The translations under genes and the position numbers were made by a program. Shown here one piece after another: positions 49,833-63,550 of a DNA stretch of 64,000 nucleotides (positions within the stretch are counted from its first letter, which is position 1; each line of letters opens with the position of its first letter). The stretch comes from Azolla caroliniana (Eukaryota; Plantae; Polypodiophyta), in contig JBHGNT010000153.1 in the NCBI GenBank assembly GCA_043228905.1, forward strand, positions 451 through 64,450. The letters are read 5' to 3'. The notes under the pieces are model-generated. The model made no database searches. It was given only the letters and a program-made list of their open reading frames with translations, and was not told where the DNA came from.

Positions 49833-52800
49833 ATGGTTGAGGAAAGGTCTCATGCAGTTGGCCCTAAATTGAGACGGCTCAATAAATGTGATAGTAGCAA
49901 AAGAAGAACTTTGGATACTAACCAAATTGAGGTATCTATGTTTTCACAACAAATGCATTCTTGATCTTTATTTGTGGTCTATGAAAATTTAAATATCCTT
50001 GTTCAATAGTATGTGCACATCAATGTCATATGGATTATTATATTTTATATTTCATTAGGTCTCCACACATTTTAAGTGTATTTGGATGCATATATGCAGA
50101 TGCATTGTGTTTCATTTTCCCTCATCTTGAAACAATTCAAAAACTTTTTGGCGAATATTTTTTAACCATTTGTGTTTTCAGCAGAATTTTAACATTGTTT
50201 CTTGCCTATGTATATGATACTGGAATAGCCATAATGGTTTAGTGTTCGGCTGTTGTTTTGGTTTTTTTATGAAAGAGCTTTCTCATCGATATCGGTATTA
50301 ACATGGGCAACTGCACCAACACATTTTGATTTTTATCTTTGTATATTATTTGCAGTATTGGCTTTGAATGCTTACTCAGGGTGTTTAAACCAATATCAAG
50401 TTTTGGACAAGATACATTTGAAGGTGAGCATGAAAAGGCAATGTGAAGGCCATATCCTATTCAAAGAGAAGACACATGCACGCGATTTTCTTTAGAGATT
50501 AAATCCAAGGGTTGTTGAATCTTTGGGCTATAAGGGGTAAAAAAAACGAGTAGTCATAGTCGTGTTTGTCATTGATTGACAGAATATGCTCACATATATG
50601 TAGGTAGGTCAAACTGTTGGAAAATGAGCTTGTTTCTCTGTGAGATTTTCATTTCTTTATTAAAAAACATGGGGGCTATGATTTTTGGTGGAGAAAAACC
50701 ATCATAATCATGTATCAACAAGGGGCTTTGGTCTTTTTGAAGGTAGAGATGCCTTTTTGCTTGAGTGATTGCACTGTCTCTCTTCTAGAGGAGTGAAGGA
50801 ATACTACTTATAAGCATCTTTCTTGGTGCATTATTAAGGATCACACTAAGGATGAGCAAAAGAAGAAGAGATTAAGGAGAAGAATGGATTTAGTGTGCTT
50901 AACCACACTAACCACCCTTGAGCAAAGGACATGAGACACAGAAAATATCATTGGTGTCCCATACCACCAAATATCACATTATGATATACCATGGTTGTTT
51001 AAATAATGGATCTGAAGAAGAGAGCTTAGCCTCACCAATAGAGTATGGACAACATTTTCACGATGCTGTAATGAAAGGGTAGCTAGTTCCCTTTATATAG
51101 CTCAATGCCTAAGGATCCCAGACCATGTTTTCCATGTGTCATAGGTCCATATGGGTTGGTTCAAGTCCCTAGGGTAACCATTTTCCTGACCATCCTACCC
51201 TTAACAAATTAAAACTAGCTATAAATTTGGTCTGTAAGGTTATGCCTATAACATACATGGAGTTCAAGCTATCTCATATTTCTTGTATCTTTGTGGAGTA
51301 TAGCTGTTGATTTCGTTTTCCTTCGGAACACCTTTTTGTCACTTTACGATTGAATGGCTTCCTATATTTTTCTTTATCACCTTATAAAACCTTAGATGTG
51401 AGCTTTGGATATATCTTTCAGGGTGCTTTCTTCCTTAATGTAAGTTTCATGGGTTTGGCACATGTTTTTTTTAGTGCTTTTATCCTTGGTTCTTTGGAGA
51501 GAGCATAATCAATTAGCTTCTGGCTTATCATTCACCATCTAATTAACTTTGCAAATCAGAAGTTTATTCCCTATTTCATATATTTATATGTACACTTCAT
51601 GTACTGATTTATTTTCAGAAAAATGTGAATGAAGTGATTGCGTCGGATCTTTTGGGGATTGCCAAAGCACTGAAAAGATCAAGTGTTTCTACCTTACATT
51701 TGTTCCAGAAGCATGCAGAGCTACAAAAGAGGAATGAAGGTTCACTCTCACTAGGGATATATGTAACTGTTTTGTAGTCAAATGATGGATCAACATTAAA
51801 TTAGTTTCTCCATCTGAGATACTGTAGCCTTGAATCTCCTGCAGAAAACAAGAAGCTGGGATTTCTTGGGGACAGGCATTCAGAAACTCTGTATACATTT
51901 TCTAAGTAAGCAATAGGCTTCAACATGGTTTTGTGAAAAATTGTCAAGTAAGTGAACTTGGTTTAGTGAATTAAAGGTTCTTGACCTTGTTTCTTCTGCA
52001 GAAATTTGGCATGGGCTTTATCAAGTGGGGGATGTCTGCAAGAGTTAGAACTTGGCTTTGCCTTATGGCAGAGAGATCTGAAAATAATTGCAGAATCCAT
52101 CTGTATGTAAATCTCCTACAACTGAATGTATGAGATTCTCTATTGTAAAATGATGGTCTGCCTCCCCCCGCTCAGGATCCCTACTGTTCTGACATTGTTC
52201 TACCTGCAAACCAAAATAATTTAGACCAATTTTTATTTACTACCTTTAAGATATACATAACCAGAAACGTTGTGAGCCGCTGTTACTTCCCTGATAACAT
52301 GTTACAGTTTTTGCTACCTAACAAGTTGCCACCACATAAAATTTCATTTGTACATTGAGGATTTCTCCGGCTAACTCATCTAAGACAACTCTCATTGGTT
52401 TTTTCTGAATAGTGAATATGCAATTCTGTGACTGAGTTATAATATCAGTTCCAAAATGCATGTAATAAAATTTGTATCTTATTCTTTTAACGCCCAATAT
52501 GTTGAAATTAGGTCAATCACCAACGTTGAAGCGATTGTCATTCGCAAATAGTGAGCTTGGAGATCACGGCCTCCAAATTCTGGTTAGTTGTTAATGTTAA
52601 ACAGAACAATTGATTCTGATACTGATTACAGCTCCTATATCTTCAATTTAAAATTTGCTATTGATGAAGCTAGATTTGTGAAACTCTTAAACGAACTATT
52701 CACTTACTTAATAGGGTAAAAGCTTACAAGAATGTGCACAGTTGGAGATTCTTAATCTTTCTGCATGTGGATTAACTGATGCAGTTTCTGCTCTCTTAGG

Positions 52801-54660
52801 TGTAATCCTCAAGGTGCCGATTCATCAGTGTTTCCTAAACATTTATTTTTTCATATGCATATGAACCTTATGTAAGGGTCCTTTTTTAAGTGTATTGATG
52901 ATAGATTGTGATATTGAAGGCACATGTATGTAGAAGGACTCAAGGAGATTGGCAAGCAAGTCTTAGAAGCTCAAAAGGAGTGAATGCACTGACAATGAGA
53001 CCAAAGGGTCTGATTGCCCTTGACATTTCTTTGAATCGCCTCTCAGACTTCACTGTACAGACCATCTGCACTGTCTTGAGGATTGGCACCCCACTTGAAT
53101 GTAACAAAATCCTCCTTAATCCTTTAGTTTTTATATATATTTTTAAAGGATATTGCATTACGATTACATGCTATATATAATTTACAAAAGAGGCAATCTT
53201 CCGTGATGTTGAATTTGGATTTAATGTACAAAAAACAGCTCTGAATCTGAGGGGTAATCAGCTCACTAGAATTAGTGGGAAGCTGTTACTCGATGTAATG
53301 GAGGAATGGACAACTTTGAGACTGATTGACCTTCGAGATAATACCGATAATAAACTTATGGGTGTCCTTGAGGATCGACAACACTTAACTACCTTTACAA
53401 AGAGACACCCTCCCTTTTGGACGGCATCGTTTTCGAGGCTGGGAAGAATAACACGTCTGAAAACCTCTTCAAAAAAGATGAGAACACTAAATGGTTCTCT
53501 CACTGGCAATGCAGCTATCCGTCCTCAGTCTTGCCCAAACATCATTCAATCCCATCCCCAACCTAAGAGTAGGTGTGTAAAACCTCCATTGGTACTTCAA
53601 CAATCTACTTCAAGACATATTGAGTATATGAAAGACAACAAGCATATGCAAAGGCCATCAACATCTCCAACAAAGGATAACACATCTTTATCATCATGTC
53701 CTTCTGAATTTACAGCTTGGAGGGATAATGATTCAAGCACAAAAGAAAACAGGATGCCATTTGACACATCTTGGGTCAACCCTAATGTGGTTGAGGAGTT
53801 TGCGCGAAAGCAAGCCAGCTATTTAAATGTGAAGAGAGCCCAAGATGAAGAAGATGATGTATTGAAACCAATGGACTTGAGAAGAAACTTTGATTCTGGA
53901 AACTATCAAGCTGAAACGTTTAAGACAAGACAAGGATCAGAACCGGTATTGAGGAAGGTGAATTGTGATGAACAACAGTTAAGAAGAAATAAATATGATG
54001 AAAATTGTAACCTTGATCAGGAGTTTGAGCAAATGGATGCAAAAAACCATGGGCGTCAGACAGCATCACTTCTGAAGGAAATGACGCGGGCTATCCTTCA
54101 TCTCCAAAGTATGGCATACAAAATCATATCCAGCATGTTGCATGCACATTTCCAATGCTTTGAGCAGCTGTCTTCACTCTATATCATTATGTTTTGAACA
54201 TCTGTACTATTCATTAGGGTTTTGCTGTAAACATTCCACTGAAATTAAACATAATTTGCACGTGCCCACACATTTTCTGTATTGTCCTAAAAAAATGCCC
54301 ACTCCTTTTGCTCTCTCTATGCATTTAATGTGGTGCTTAAGATGTTTCATTTGGATGTTTTTGTTTGAGATACGAAATAGTGGGGCATTGTTTTGGCAAA
54401 TACATCGAATTGTGTGATATTTTTATGTGTGTTGAATAGCATTTTTAGACGTGCTTCTTATCTGTAAGCATTTCTTAAGAGATGAAGGAACCAAATGCAT
54501 GCATTTTTTTGGATTGAATAAGGTGACAATACCATAGGTTTGTAAAACAGAGACACTGAAGTGTTTTCCTTTTTCAGAACGTCTTGATGAGCTTATTGGC
54601 CCCGCTCAGGCAGATTCGTTAGCAGAACAAGCGGCATCCCAATTGGAAGTGCTTGGTTAA
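49833..54660 (+). CDS. CEP78: CEP78-like centriolar LRR protein. Exons approx. 49833-49931 (5' end uncertain), 50356-50423, 51422-51439, 51619-51739, 51845-51905, 52002-52102, 52512-52582, 52715-52813, 52920-53100, 53239-54108, 54578-54660
   Basis: The spliced LRR run CLQELELGFALWQRDLKIIAESICQSPTLKRLSFANSELGDHGLQILGKSLQECAQLEILNLSACGLTDAVSALLGVILKAHVCRRTQGDWQASLR...SLNLRGNQLTRISGKLLLDVMEEWTTLRLIDLRDN parallels animal CEP78 as I recall it ([23 protein letters not shown]...LSLANCPIGDGGL...ILKYQTMRRHEETWAESLR...LVVLDIRKN). Phases are consistent from 50356 onward. Confidence 0.8.
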
Positions 54661-55777
54661 GGTTGTAAGGAATTTATAAGAAATCATCCAATACTGAACA
54701 ATTGTGATTAGAAGGCGAGTCTTGTTCAAATGTATGTATATGCACAACTGTCACATTTCAATGATGGTTAAAACTTGATGAGAATGTATGGCTCGACAAA
54801 GGAGTGCAATGGCAGTATTATAAACAGGTGAAAGCAGATGCAGCCTGTGATTCAAAAAATAATAAATGAAGAGAAGTAAATTGAATTTCTCTTTTCTAAC
54901 CTCTTCCTTGTAATGTAAAGAAGACTAATTCTAACATTCAAATGTGGCACATTCTTGTGTACATGAACCTTAAAAACTAAATGATGTGTCTTTGTAGATA
55001 ACTTTTTCTTATTGACTTCATGCATAGCAAATAAATGTAAAAGAAAATTGCGATATGTTTTTGGTCTAACTGATGGTTGTGTATTGGTATTGATGCACAT
55101 CTTCAAGATGTCCAATGGAATGGCATTGTATCTTATTTATTAAAGAATATTGGGATGGGCATTGGGATTTGTGACCTCATACAACATGCATTATTATGTA
55201 GTCTTGCATGATGTGGGAATTTGCACTTTAGTGTGAGGCTGAAGATGTTACGAAGTAATGATAATGAAAGTGACAATGGATCAATGCACCCATAATAATT
55301 TTACATCTTCCTTTCTACTTTCACACAACACTGAATACAACAAGATGTCATGTTATTTGGGGAAGGAAAAAAGTATAGGGTATGAGAATTGGCCAATATA
55401 GAAGAGCAACAATTTAACATGCCGATAGACAACTTTTTCTAATGCCAGTGTTGCAATACAGTAAGGAGATATTCAAGCTAGCAAGATAGTGAGACACAAA
55501 TGAATTTAGGTTAGTGCACACGATGATAGAGAATTAGATGAAGTATCGACTTGAGTTTACGCACATTTTTGTCTTCTTTCGTGATGTTTTGTTTGTCCTT
55601 TTGTAGTATCGTTCTCATTTATATTTGTTTCTATTGAGGGAAAAATCTGAAAATGTCTAGATGTTATGATTACAAAAACAAAAATGTAATGCTTATTTAC
55701 AAATTATTTGACTAAAGAGATGGACTTCTTCATACAATCCATTTGCGAGGCCAAATGGTTGTGATGTCACGCACAAA

Positions 55778-55870
55778 ATTCATTTCATTGCTAATAAAAA
55801 TGATCTCATCAATATGTACTCACATTCATTTCATTGCTAATAAAAAAGATCTCATCAATATGTACTCACA
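55778..55870. repeat. Near-perfect ~46-bp tandem duplication
   Basis: attcatttcattgctaataaaaa(t/a)gatctcatcaatatgtactcac occurs twice. Confidence 0.93.
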
Positions 55871-56290
55871 AAATCCGAACATGTGAAATTTATCCTTGTC
55901 AAACTTTGTTGGGTAAATCTACATGCTAGCTCCATTAATATCATTAATCCAATCATGGAGCATACAAATGATTATTTTAGAAATGAACAAACTTCATATT
56001 GGCACCTTGAAAGGCATGTCCTGCACTCGGCTTTATGGCAACCCTAAGAATGATCTACATAAAAATAGCCCCAAAAAAGATATCAATTAGCAAGAATTTT
56101 GAATGGTTGGTTGAGGGAAAAGCTTGTTGTGAGCGCATTGCTTGTATTTTGTTCCCCAGTTTGAAGTGACTGTAGATGAACGTGTAGGGATCTTTAAACT
56201 CTCATAAACTGTGGCCATGTTTCTATCAACTCTTTTTAAACGCATTGAGTTGTTAATGAATAGTAGGAGGAGGAAGACGACGAAGGACCC

Positions 56291-57430
56291 ATGGAAGCAT
56301 GCTTTCCGACACATCAAACAGGCCCAGGTGCTATAGAAGATCAATCCGCCCATCTTCTTCTGCATTGGCAAGCTCAATTCCCTCGATCTTTTCAGTATTA
56401 TCTTGACAAATCTGCTCCTCATGCTCTTCTTTACCGTGGATCGTTTCTCTCTTCTTTTCCATAGCTTACTGCCTGCGTGTTTGCTATATCCAAGGTTTCT
56501 ATATCGTGACTTATGGTCTAGGGATCTATCTTCTGAACCTTCTTATCGGTTTTCTTTCTCCTCAAATTGATCCAGAGATCAGCAGCGATGGTCCTCTCCT
56601 TCCTTCCAATGTCTCGGATGACTTCAAGCCTTTCATTCGACGCCTTCCCGAATTTAAGTTCTGGTTAGTTTCATGATCATCATCAATTGTGTATGGTATG
56701 GTTAGTCTAATTGTTTTCTAAGTCGTGTTTTACTTCTCATCATAACAATCACCATCGTACATGGCTGCTTTGCTTATGAAGAGAAGTATATACAGTGAGA
56801 AACATTTTGAATGGATGAACTCATGAATATTATCTAGCATTCACCAAAATGAATTTTTTTCTTTGCACATTGTTTTTACCGAGGAACTTGGCTTCCTTTG
56901 AAATGGAAACATGCTAGAGAAATTACTGTTCTTTAAAAAATTAGCTGATTTGCTCTCCAACTTTATCATCCTCTTATGTTTTGTGTTTCTGTAACTCCAG
57001 GTATGCATTTACAAAGGCTTTTTGTGTGGCATTTGGCATGACCTTCTTTTCAAGATTTGACGTTCCTGTCTTTTGGCCGATACTGCTGCTCTATTGGATA
57101 GTTCTTTTCACTCTCACAATGAAGCGTCCAGCTACGCCACATGATCAAGTTTAAATATGTACCATTCAGTTTTGGCAAACAGGTAAGAATATTATCCTCA
57201 AAAGCATGTGTGTGTGTGTGTATGATATGGTATATGCATATGTCAATGTGTATGTGAATGAATGAATGAAACTTGTAAGTATGTATGTATGTTTGTATGC
57301 ATGCATATTTGAATATGTATATGTATGTGTGTATGGACGCATAGTTGAATCTGTGAAAAATACCAGTAGACCTTTTCTTGTTGCTTAGAATTTTTGCAAT
57401 TTGTTCAGCGCCTACACAGGGAAGAAGTGA
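56291..57430 (+). pseudogene. RER1: RER1 (ER retrieval receptor) homolog with three frameshifts; pseudogene or consensus errors. Exons 56291-56663, 57001-57182, 57409-57430
   Basis: [12 protein letters not shown] / [47 protein letters not shown]...[15 protein letters not shown]|YAFTKAF...[24 protein letters not shown] / [18 protein letters not shown]|R / YTGKK. The frame breaks at ~56430, ~57128 and ~57411. Confidence 0.85.
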
Positions 57431-59374
57431 CGAATGACATGAAGCGCAGGGTTTAAATGGTCGATTTTTTTTGAAGTTCCAAGAAACACATGGATTGTTG
57501 TTCCATGTCATCATCGCTTTGCCATGTCTGAGGTTACCCATTCTCTCATTATTTGCCTCCTGCAGCACCAACACTAGCGATGAATTGAAGTGCATTAGTT
57601 TTGAAGGAATTGAGAGTCCATTTTCTCTCTAGAATCTGTTAAAATACAATCTCACTGTGTCTCCGTGTTTTTTGTAACACAATCTCTCTCTCTCTCTCTC
57701 TATCCATCTCTTTGTACATGAAAGAGAAACATTTTAAAGGGGATGAGCATGAAGGGCAAGTAACATTTAGATAGAGCATAAAATGCATATGCCCATCATT
57801 GGAAGAGATATAATTCTATTATGCTTTTTTTCAAAAACATTGTCCAAAATTCTGTTTTCATATTTTATAACAGCTTATCTCCAAAATACTTTTGTTTTTT
57901 TTTGACGGTTGTGTATGACAGTTGGTGTGACACATTGCTTCTCGCTATTGCTATTGCTATCTGTATCTCTTTTCTTGCTATCCCACCTTACTCAAAGGTA
58001 CCATGCCAACTCTACACATGCACATACTGATCTTTTTAAGTAGAAGATTTGTTGCATCTGGGACTAACATGGACAAGTCATTGGCCGGACCTATGTTTGT
58101 CTAATGCCAAGTGTAGTAGCAACCATAGCCTCAAGGTTACTCTAGCTAAGCGAATTTTAGCTTGCATGTACGAGTCGATTCTTGGAATGGGATGCTCTTC
58201 GAGTCACATTACAAGATTACTCTCTCTTAATCAATGGTCTGACCACGCACAAATAACCTATAAGGGCATCCCCGTGAGGTTTATATACATGCCCAACCGT
58301 AATCCTTACGTTAGGAGAGGGGTCCTTCAATGCTTATAGCATAGGTAGAGGACCATTTGAGCAACAACTAAAAGGTAATTTATGGAGAAAATTTGAGAGT
58401 GGGAATATGTTTGAGCATGAAGTAAAAGGTAATGGAGGTAGAATGTTGGAGTGTGGGCTCGGTGCTAGAGGTTCCTTCACCACTTTCTTGGATTATTGTC
58501 TTATGTCACCATCACTCCTCATCATCAAGTTCATAATGTTTCGCAACTTTTCTAACTACTATCACTTATATAGAATTCATATGAGTAGAACATATTCTTT
58601 CGTTTGCAAACACAATACATAATTTTATACTATACAGTACTAAGGGCACTATGATAACAGGAATCCATGATTCCATGTGTATTGTGATCAATTGAATCCA
58701 TTAGTGCGGCCAATCATTTCAATTTCCAATGATTAATGAAGCTTAAAAAGTTAGTAATGATGGCTATCAGCCCATGTGGTTCATGGATGGCCACATGGTT
58801 GGCAACAACAAAAACCAATATGTAAGCCATGGAGCCATTCATTTGCAAGAAGATGGGTCAAATGTTAGATTTATTGAGTCCTTAAGGTTATGCACTAGGG
58901 GAAGATATCTACATTCTATCTATCTATCTATATTGACGCGATTTGGGGACTACTTTGGGAGTTTCGAAACCCCAGGGGCATTCTTGGAATAAGTTTGGGG
59001 AAATAACAATATCCTTACCAACGTCTGTATATATATATATATATATATATATGTAATAATGTATGTATGTATGTATCATAGTACATAAAATTCGTGTTGG
59101 TCTAGCATAACATTCGTTTTCATACGTTGGGAAACGAAAGTGAATGTTATTCAAACATTCTTGAGTTTTTTTTTAGTTTTATTCCCCTTTTTTAAAGTTT
59201 TCTTTTTCTTTTTTTAGGTTTATTTACCTCATAATAAATAGTCAATCCAAAAGTATGATATTTACCATTCTTCGAGGGTATCAAACCATACTCGAATGCG
59301 AATGCACGTATCGTACGTAAGGTTCATACTATGCGTATAACGGTAAATGTATGTATGTGTGTGTGTATGAAAAT

Positions 59375-59375
<1 letters not shown>

Positions 59376-59421
<46 letters not shown>

Positions 59422-59429
59422 TACATACA

Positions 59430-59465
<36 letters not shown>

Positions 59466-59472
59466 TATATAC
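59376..59472. repeat. Compound microsatellite (CA)n-(TACA)n-(TA)n
   Basis: Directly visible upstream of the EUL gene. Confidence 0.97.
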
Positions 59473-59591
59473 ATACATGATACATATATTAGCGGCTGAA
59501 GTACGCAGACCGACCCAGCGCTGTGTGTGTATATACTATAAACACACAATCAGAGAGAGAGAGAGAGAGAGAGGCAGGCAGGCAGGCAGGC

Positions 59592-61551
59592 ATGGTGGGT
59601 ACAACAAGCTCATTGGATCTACAACAGATCCTGAGAACCGATCCGCACGCTCACTTCCACGTGGACACCATCTGCTGTGACGGACTGTGCCTCTTGGAGG
59701 AGGAGGAAGGCGTGTTCTATCCATCTTGGTCGGATTTGTGGCAGCAACAGAAAGGCGGAATCCCCTTGAGAGACCATGTATTCCGTGTCTTCTGCAAGTC
59801 CCACCCAGGATTCAACCTCGCCGTCCAACACCATTGCCTCGCCTTGCTTCCCGCCAATACACTTGACCTGTCCCAGGTACATTTGTACATATGTATGTGT
59901 ATGCCTGTCAGATACATATATGTATTATAGATTTATTATATTTTGTTTTAGAAATTTAATTTCATGAAGCATCCATACTTGCGAGCATAACATATAAGCT
60001 TATTTCACTAATTATACATATATTCCCACATGCTTTTTCTTTTGTGATTTTCATACGTATAAGCAACGTTTTTATTATTATTCATACACGATATCGTTTT
60101 GTTTTTTTTTGTATTAACTATTTTCAAGTGTAATTATGTTCTTAATCTTAGTTGCAGCTGATTAGTAGAGGAGTTCAACCAGCCAGGCTAGTCATCCTCA
60201 ATCAGAATCCCAAATCAATGATGCTATTTGTTTCTATAATTAATCTTCTTTTTTTGTGGGTTTAGTCTTAAATTTGAACTTGGGAACTTTGTGCTACTTG
60301 ATGTTTAATGTGCAAATATAATGGTTTCGTAACATTCATGCAATATATATTTTGAAAAGAAACATAAAAGTGCATTCTTTTTGCAGCAATGGCTGAAGGA
60401 CGATTCCTATAGCTTGAGAGTGAACGATAACTATGGACACCCCGCCTTTAGTCTTATTAACAAGGGAACAGGGAAGATCCTGAAGCATGGAAAACGCAAG
60501 GGTGAGCAGGTATGAACGATTTCAATACTATTTAAGGACACCTAAGTGATTGCTTTTCGCAGATTTTATGACAGTTGAATAATTACTCACTGTGATTGGT
60601 CATTATAAAGAGTTGAGACAAATGGAAAGGATGATTTGTAAGTGCCACAGGAGTCCTGGAGCTCTACTCCTCCCCTGGCACATAAGTGAAAACAGAAGTG
60701 CCTTGGTTAGATGAAATATCACATTATATATCTTCAGGTGCAAGTATATGAGTGAGCATGTATACCCATCCCAATTGGAGTTTTCTTACTCTCTAAACCT
60801 GCCACAAAATAAGAAAAATTGTATATCTGTATGTGTGTGTGTATATATATATATATATAGTAGCCTGGAAAATGTATCTATATTTGTGTTTTTAACTATT
60901 TCTACTCTCTAATGGGAGTTTCACTCTGCAACGGGTTGCATCCCCACCCAACGAGCCCCTCATAAGGAGAAAGGAAGTCTGATCCCATCCCAAATATATA
61001 TTAATACAAGAAAAGTATTCATTTAGAGTTCTACGTTGGTGATATTTATTTTCCTAATTTGTGTTTAGCTGGTTCCATCATCCATTTCAAAAACTGCCTT
61101 GAAAAACAAAACCAGTAAGGCTACTATCTTATTGATATTTTATTGAAAATAATGTTAAGTGAGGCATGAAGCCAGAAGTCCTTTAATCTTGTTTGAAAGG
61201 TTGCACTTTAAGAGCTGCACTTGTCATGATTAGAGTATATTTTGGCCAAAAAACTCAGAAATAACAGGTGCACTTGAAAGTTATTTTGGGGTTTTTCTCC
61301 ATTGTTTGTCGATTTTGTTTATCTTTTCTGCTTCTTATTGACACCAGGTGCGTTTGATGGATTATGAAGCTAATATAAGAGATGATGACATAATGTGGAC
61401 GGAAAGCCAAGATTTTGGAGAGGGTTTCAAGACTGTTCGATGTGCTAGTAATACTCTCTTGAACTTGACTGTCTCTGGGGGAGGTAAAACCTTGGAGCTT
61501 GACACATGGCATAAGACAGCTAATCAACTGTGGAAAATCTTTCCACTCTGA
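59592..61551 (+). CDS. Euonymus-related lectin (EUL, ricin-B-like fold), single-domain S type. Exons 59592-59876, 60387-60509, 61348-61551
   Basis: FRVFCKSHPGFNLAV...DLSQ|QWLKDDSYSLRVNDNYGHPAFSLINKGTGKILKH...Q|VRL...MWTESQDFGEGFKTVR...NQLWKIFPL matches the EUL domain consensus. Both introns are phase 0. Confidence 0.9.
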
Positions 61552-62884
61552 CTTCATATTGGTGGTGTTTATGTCCTATGAAATCTATATAGAAGTTCAT
61601 AACCGTATATGTACAAATAACAAAGTGATGTAAAAAACTCTAACACATGGGGTAATATGTTTCTCTCAAAAGTATATGATTGTCTCAAAGCTGTTCGGGT
61701 TAATTGTTGCATGTTAATGATTTTACCAAGCCAATCATCTTTGGATGTTTAGGGAACCACGGTATATTCTAGTTAGTAGTGCAATTGTTTTAGCTATATG
61801 CTTTGATACATTATCGTTTTCTTTACTCAACAAGCAAGGTTCTAATATCATTTTCTTTATCACTCTCATGACAAAATGATAATATGTTGGCTAATAATTT
61901 TACCGAGGCCCACTTCTACTCTTTTCTAAGGATAGAAAAGCACATACAAAGATAACATTGTATTCACACCATAGGCATTCTTGTGGGACTCTATACTACT
62001 ATCATGCACTAAACAACTAAACACAAATTTATAGTATAGTAGCGTGTTAATTGAATGAGGAATACGTGTATATGTTGCATTTTCAGAATGCTTGGTAAAT
62101 GCAAGCTTTTAATGTATTTTGTAGAGGGGGAGGGATATTTTGTGTGACTAAAAATTCATTTGGAGCTCAATACTAGATCATTGCAAACGAGTGACAATTA
62201 AAAGAAAAAGAATTTATTGCATTGGCAAGCAAAGGTTTTGATCTTTTTCACAAAGATTGATAGATTTTTTCTTATAATCAATAACTATAATTGTATACTG
62301 AAATAAACAGAAGATCTGCCGAGCTTTGATTGTTTTCAATTGGAAATATTGTAAAATGGGATAGGTGTCCAATATATATCATCTTGTTAGATACTAGAGA
62401 ATATGAAACCTCAACCTCTTTTACAAATTTAGTTATACGTCTTGTTTGCAAATTTCTATGTATTTAATCTGTAGCCATGATGTTATCATTGCTTAATTAG
62501 AAATGTTCATCAAGCTAACTTTATCCTCAAATGAATAAGATAAATTTTTGAGCCCACAAAATTAACCACTATATTCCATGTAGGAAATCAGTGGTCATTC
62601 AATCAAAAGATAGACTAGGGTATTTGTTGAAGGCGCATAATGACATCAAACTACGATAAGAATGAAATACACAAATCCTGGGAATCTACTAAATCTTAGA
62701 GGATCTCAGAAACATATGTTAGCAAGTTTACTTACTTTTAACGCACATCCATCTATGACAAACACGAGCTAAGCTGAAACATACTAGTCTTTGAGAATAT
62801 CTGAAGTATACATTTGCAATGTTTCCTGAAGGCTCAAGAGTTTCCTAATCTCATAACCTACTGAATGCACTTGGAATGACATTT

Positions 62885-63060
62885 CTTAGAATTTCGCAAA
62901 ATTTGAGACAAACTAGCCTAAAGAAATACGGAAGCTACAACTTAAAAACTTCTGCTAAATGCACTTGAATGCTTGATTGTTAGAATACTAAACACAAATT
63001 TTGTGAAATTTGAGACACTAGCATAAAGAAATAAGAAAGTTTGAACATAAAACTTCTCAA
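62885..63060. repeat. Diverged ~95-bp tandem duplication
   Basis: ttagaat...aaatttgagaca(a)actagc.taaagaaata...taaaacttct occurs twice. Confidence 0.7.
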
Positions 63061-63550
63061 TTTCGAAATGATGGATTGCCACACTCCTAAATTTAATATA
63101 ATCTGGTTTGGAAATATACTTCAAAAACAGTACCTATCTGCCAGATTTTTACTACAATAATTTCAGTGTGCTACCACCGGTACATGAGCTCAGATGATGT
63201 AGAGTATGGAAAGTATCGGTTTGACATACTATCAACTACTATCATACAAAAAGTCAAGGATGGAAAACAAGTACATTCCTGTGCGCGTATTCGATACATA
63301 ATGTAAGATATTTCTTTTATTATTCAGCAATTGTAAGGTAATGCTCCAAAAGCCTTACCGTGGAAACTTTCCATTAATTGCAACACCTAAATAGACCCTT
63401 GGCATGAACTCAAAATTTCTTATCATTTTCCTTACCCTCTAAACCTTCACTCCTCTTTAGTATTCCTCTTTGCTTGCTTAAGAAAATGCAAAATTTTGAC
63501 AACACGATTATCTTCGGTTCAAAGAATTACTTGAAATTTCTATGGTTGTG

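Noticed and set aside
49993-50000. ATATCCTT, a U12 (AT-AC) donor consensus
   Set aside because: It lies inside a presumed intron with no supportable upstream exon or matching acceptor; probably chance.
53298-54197. Stand-alone 299-aa ORF
   Set aside because: It is the large penultimate exon of the CEP78-like gene plus read-through into the intron.
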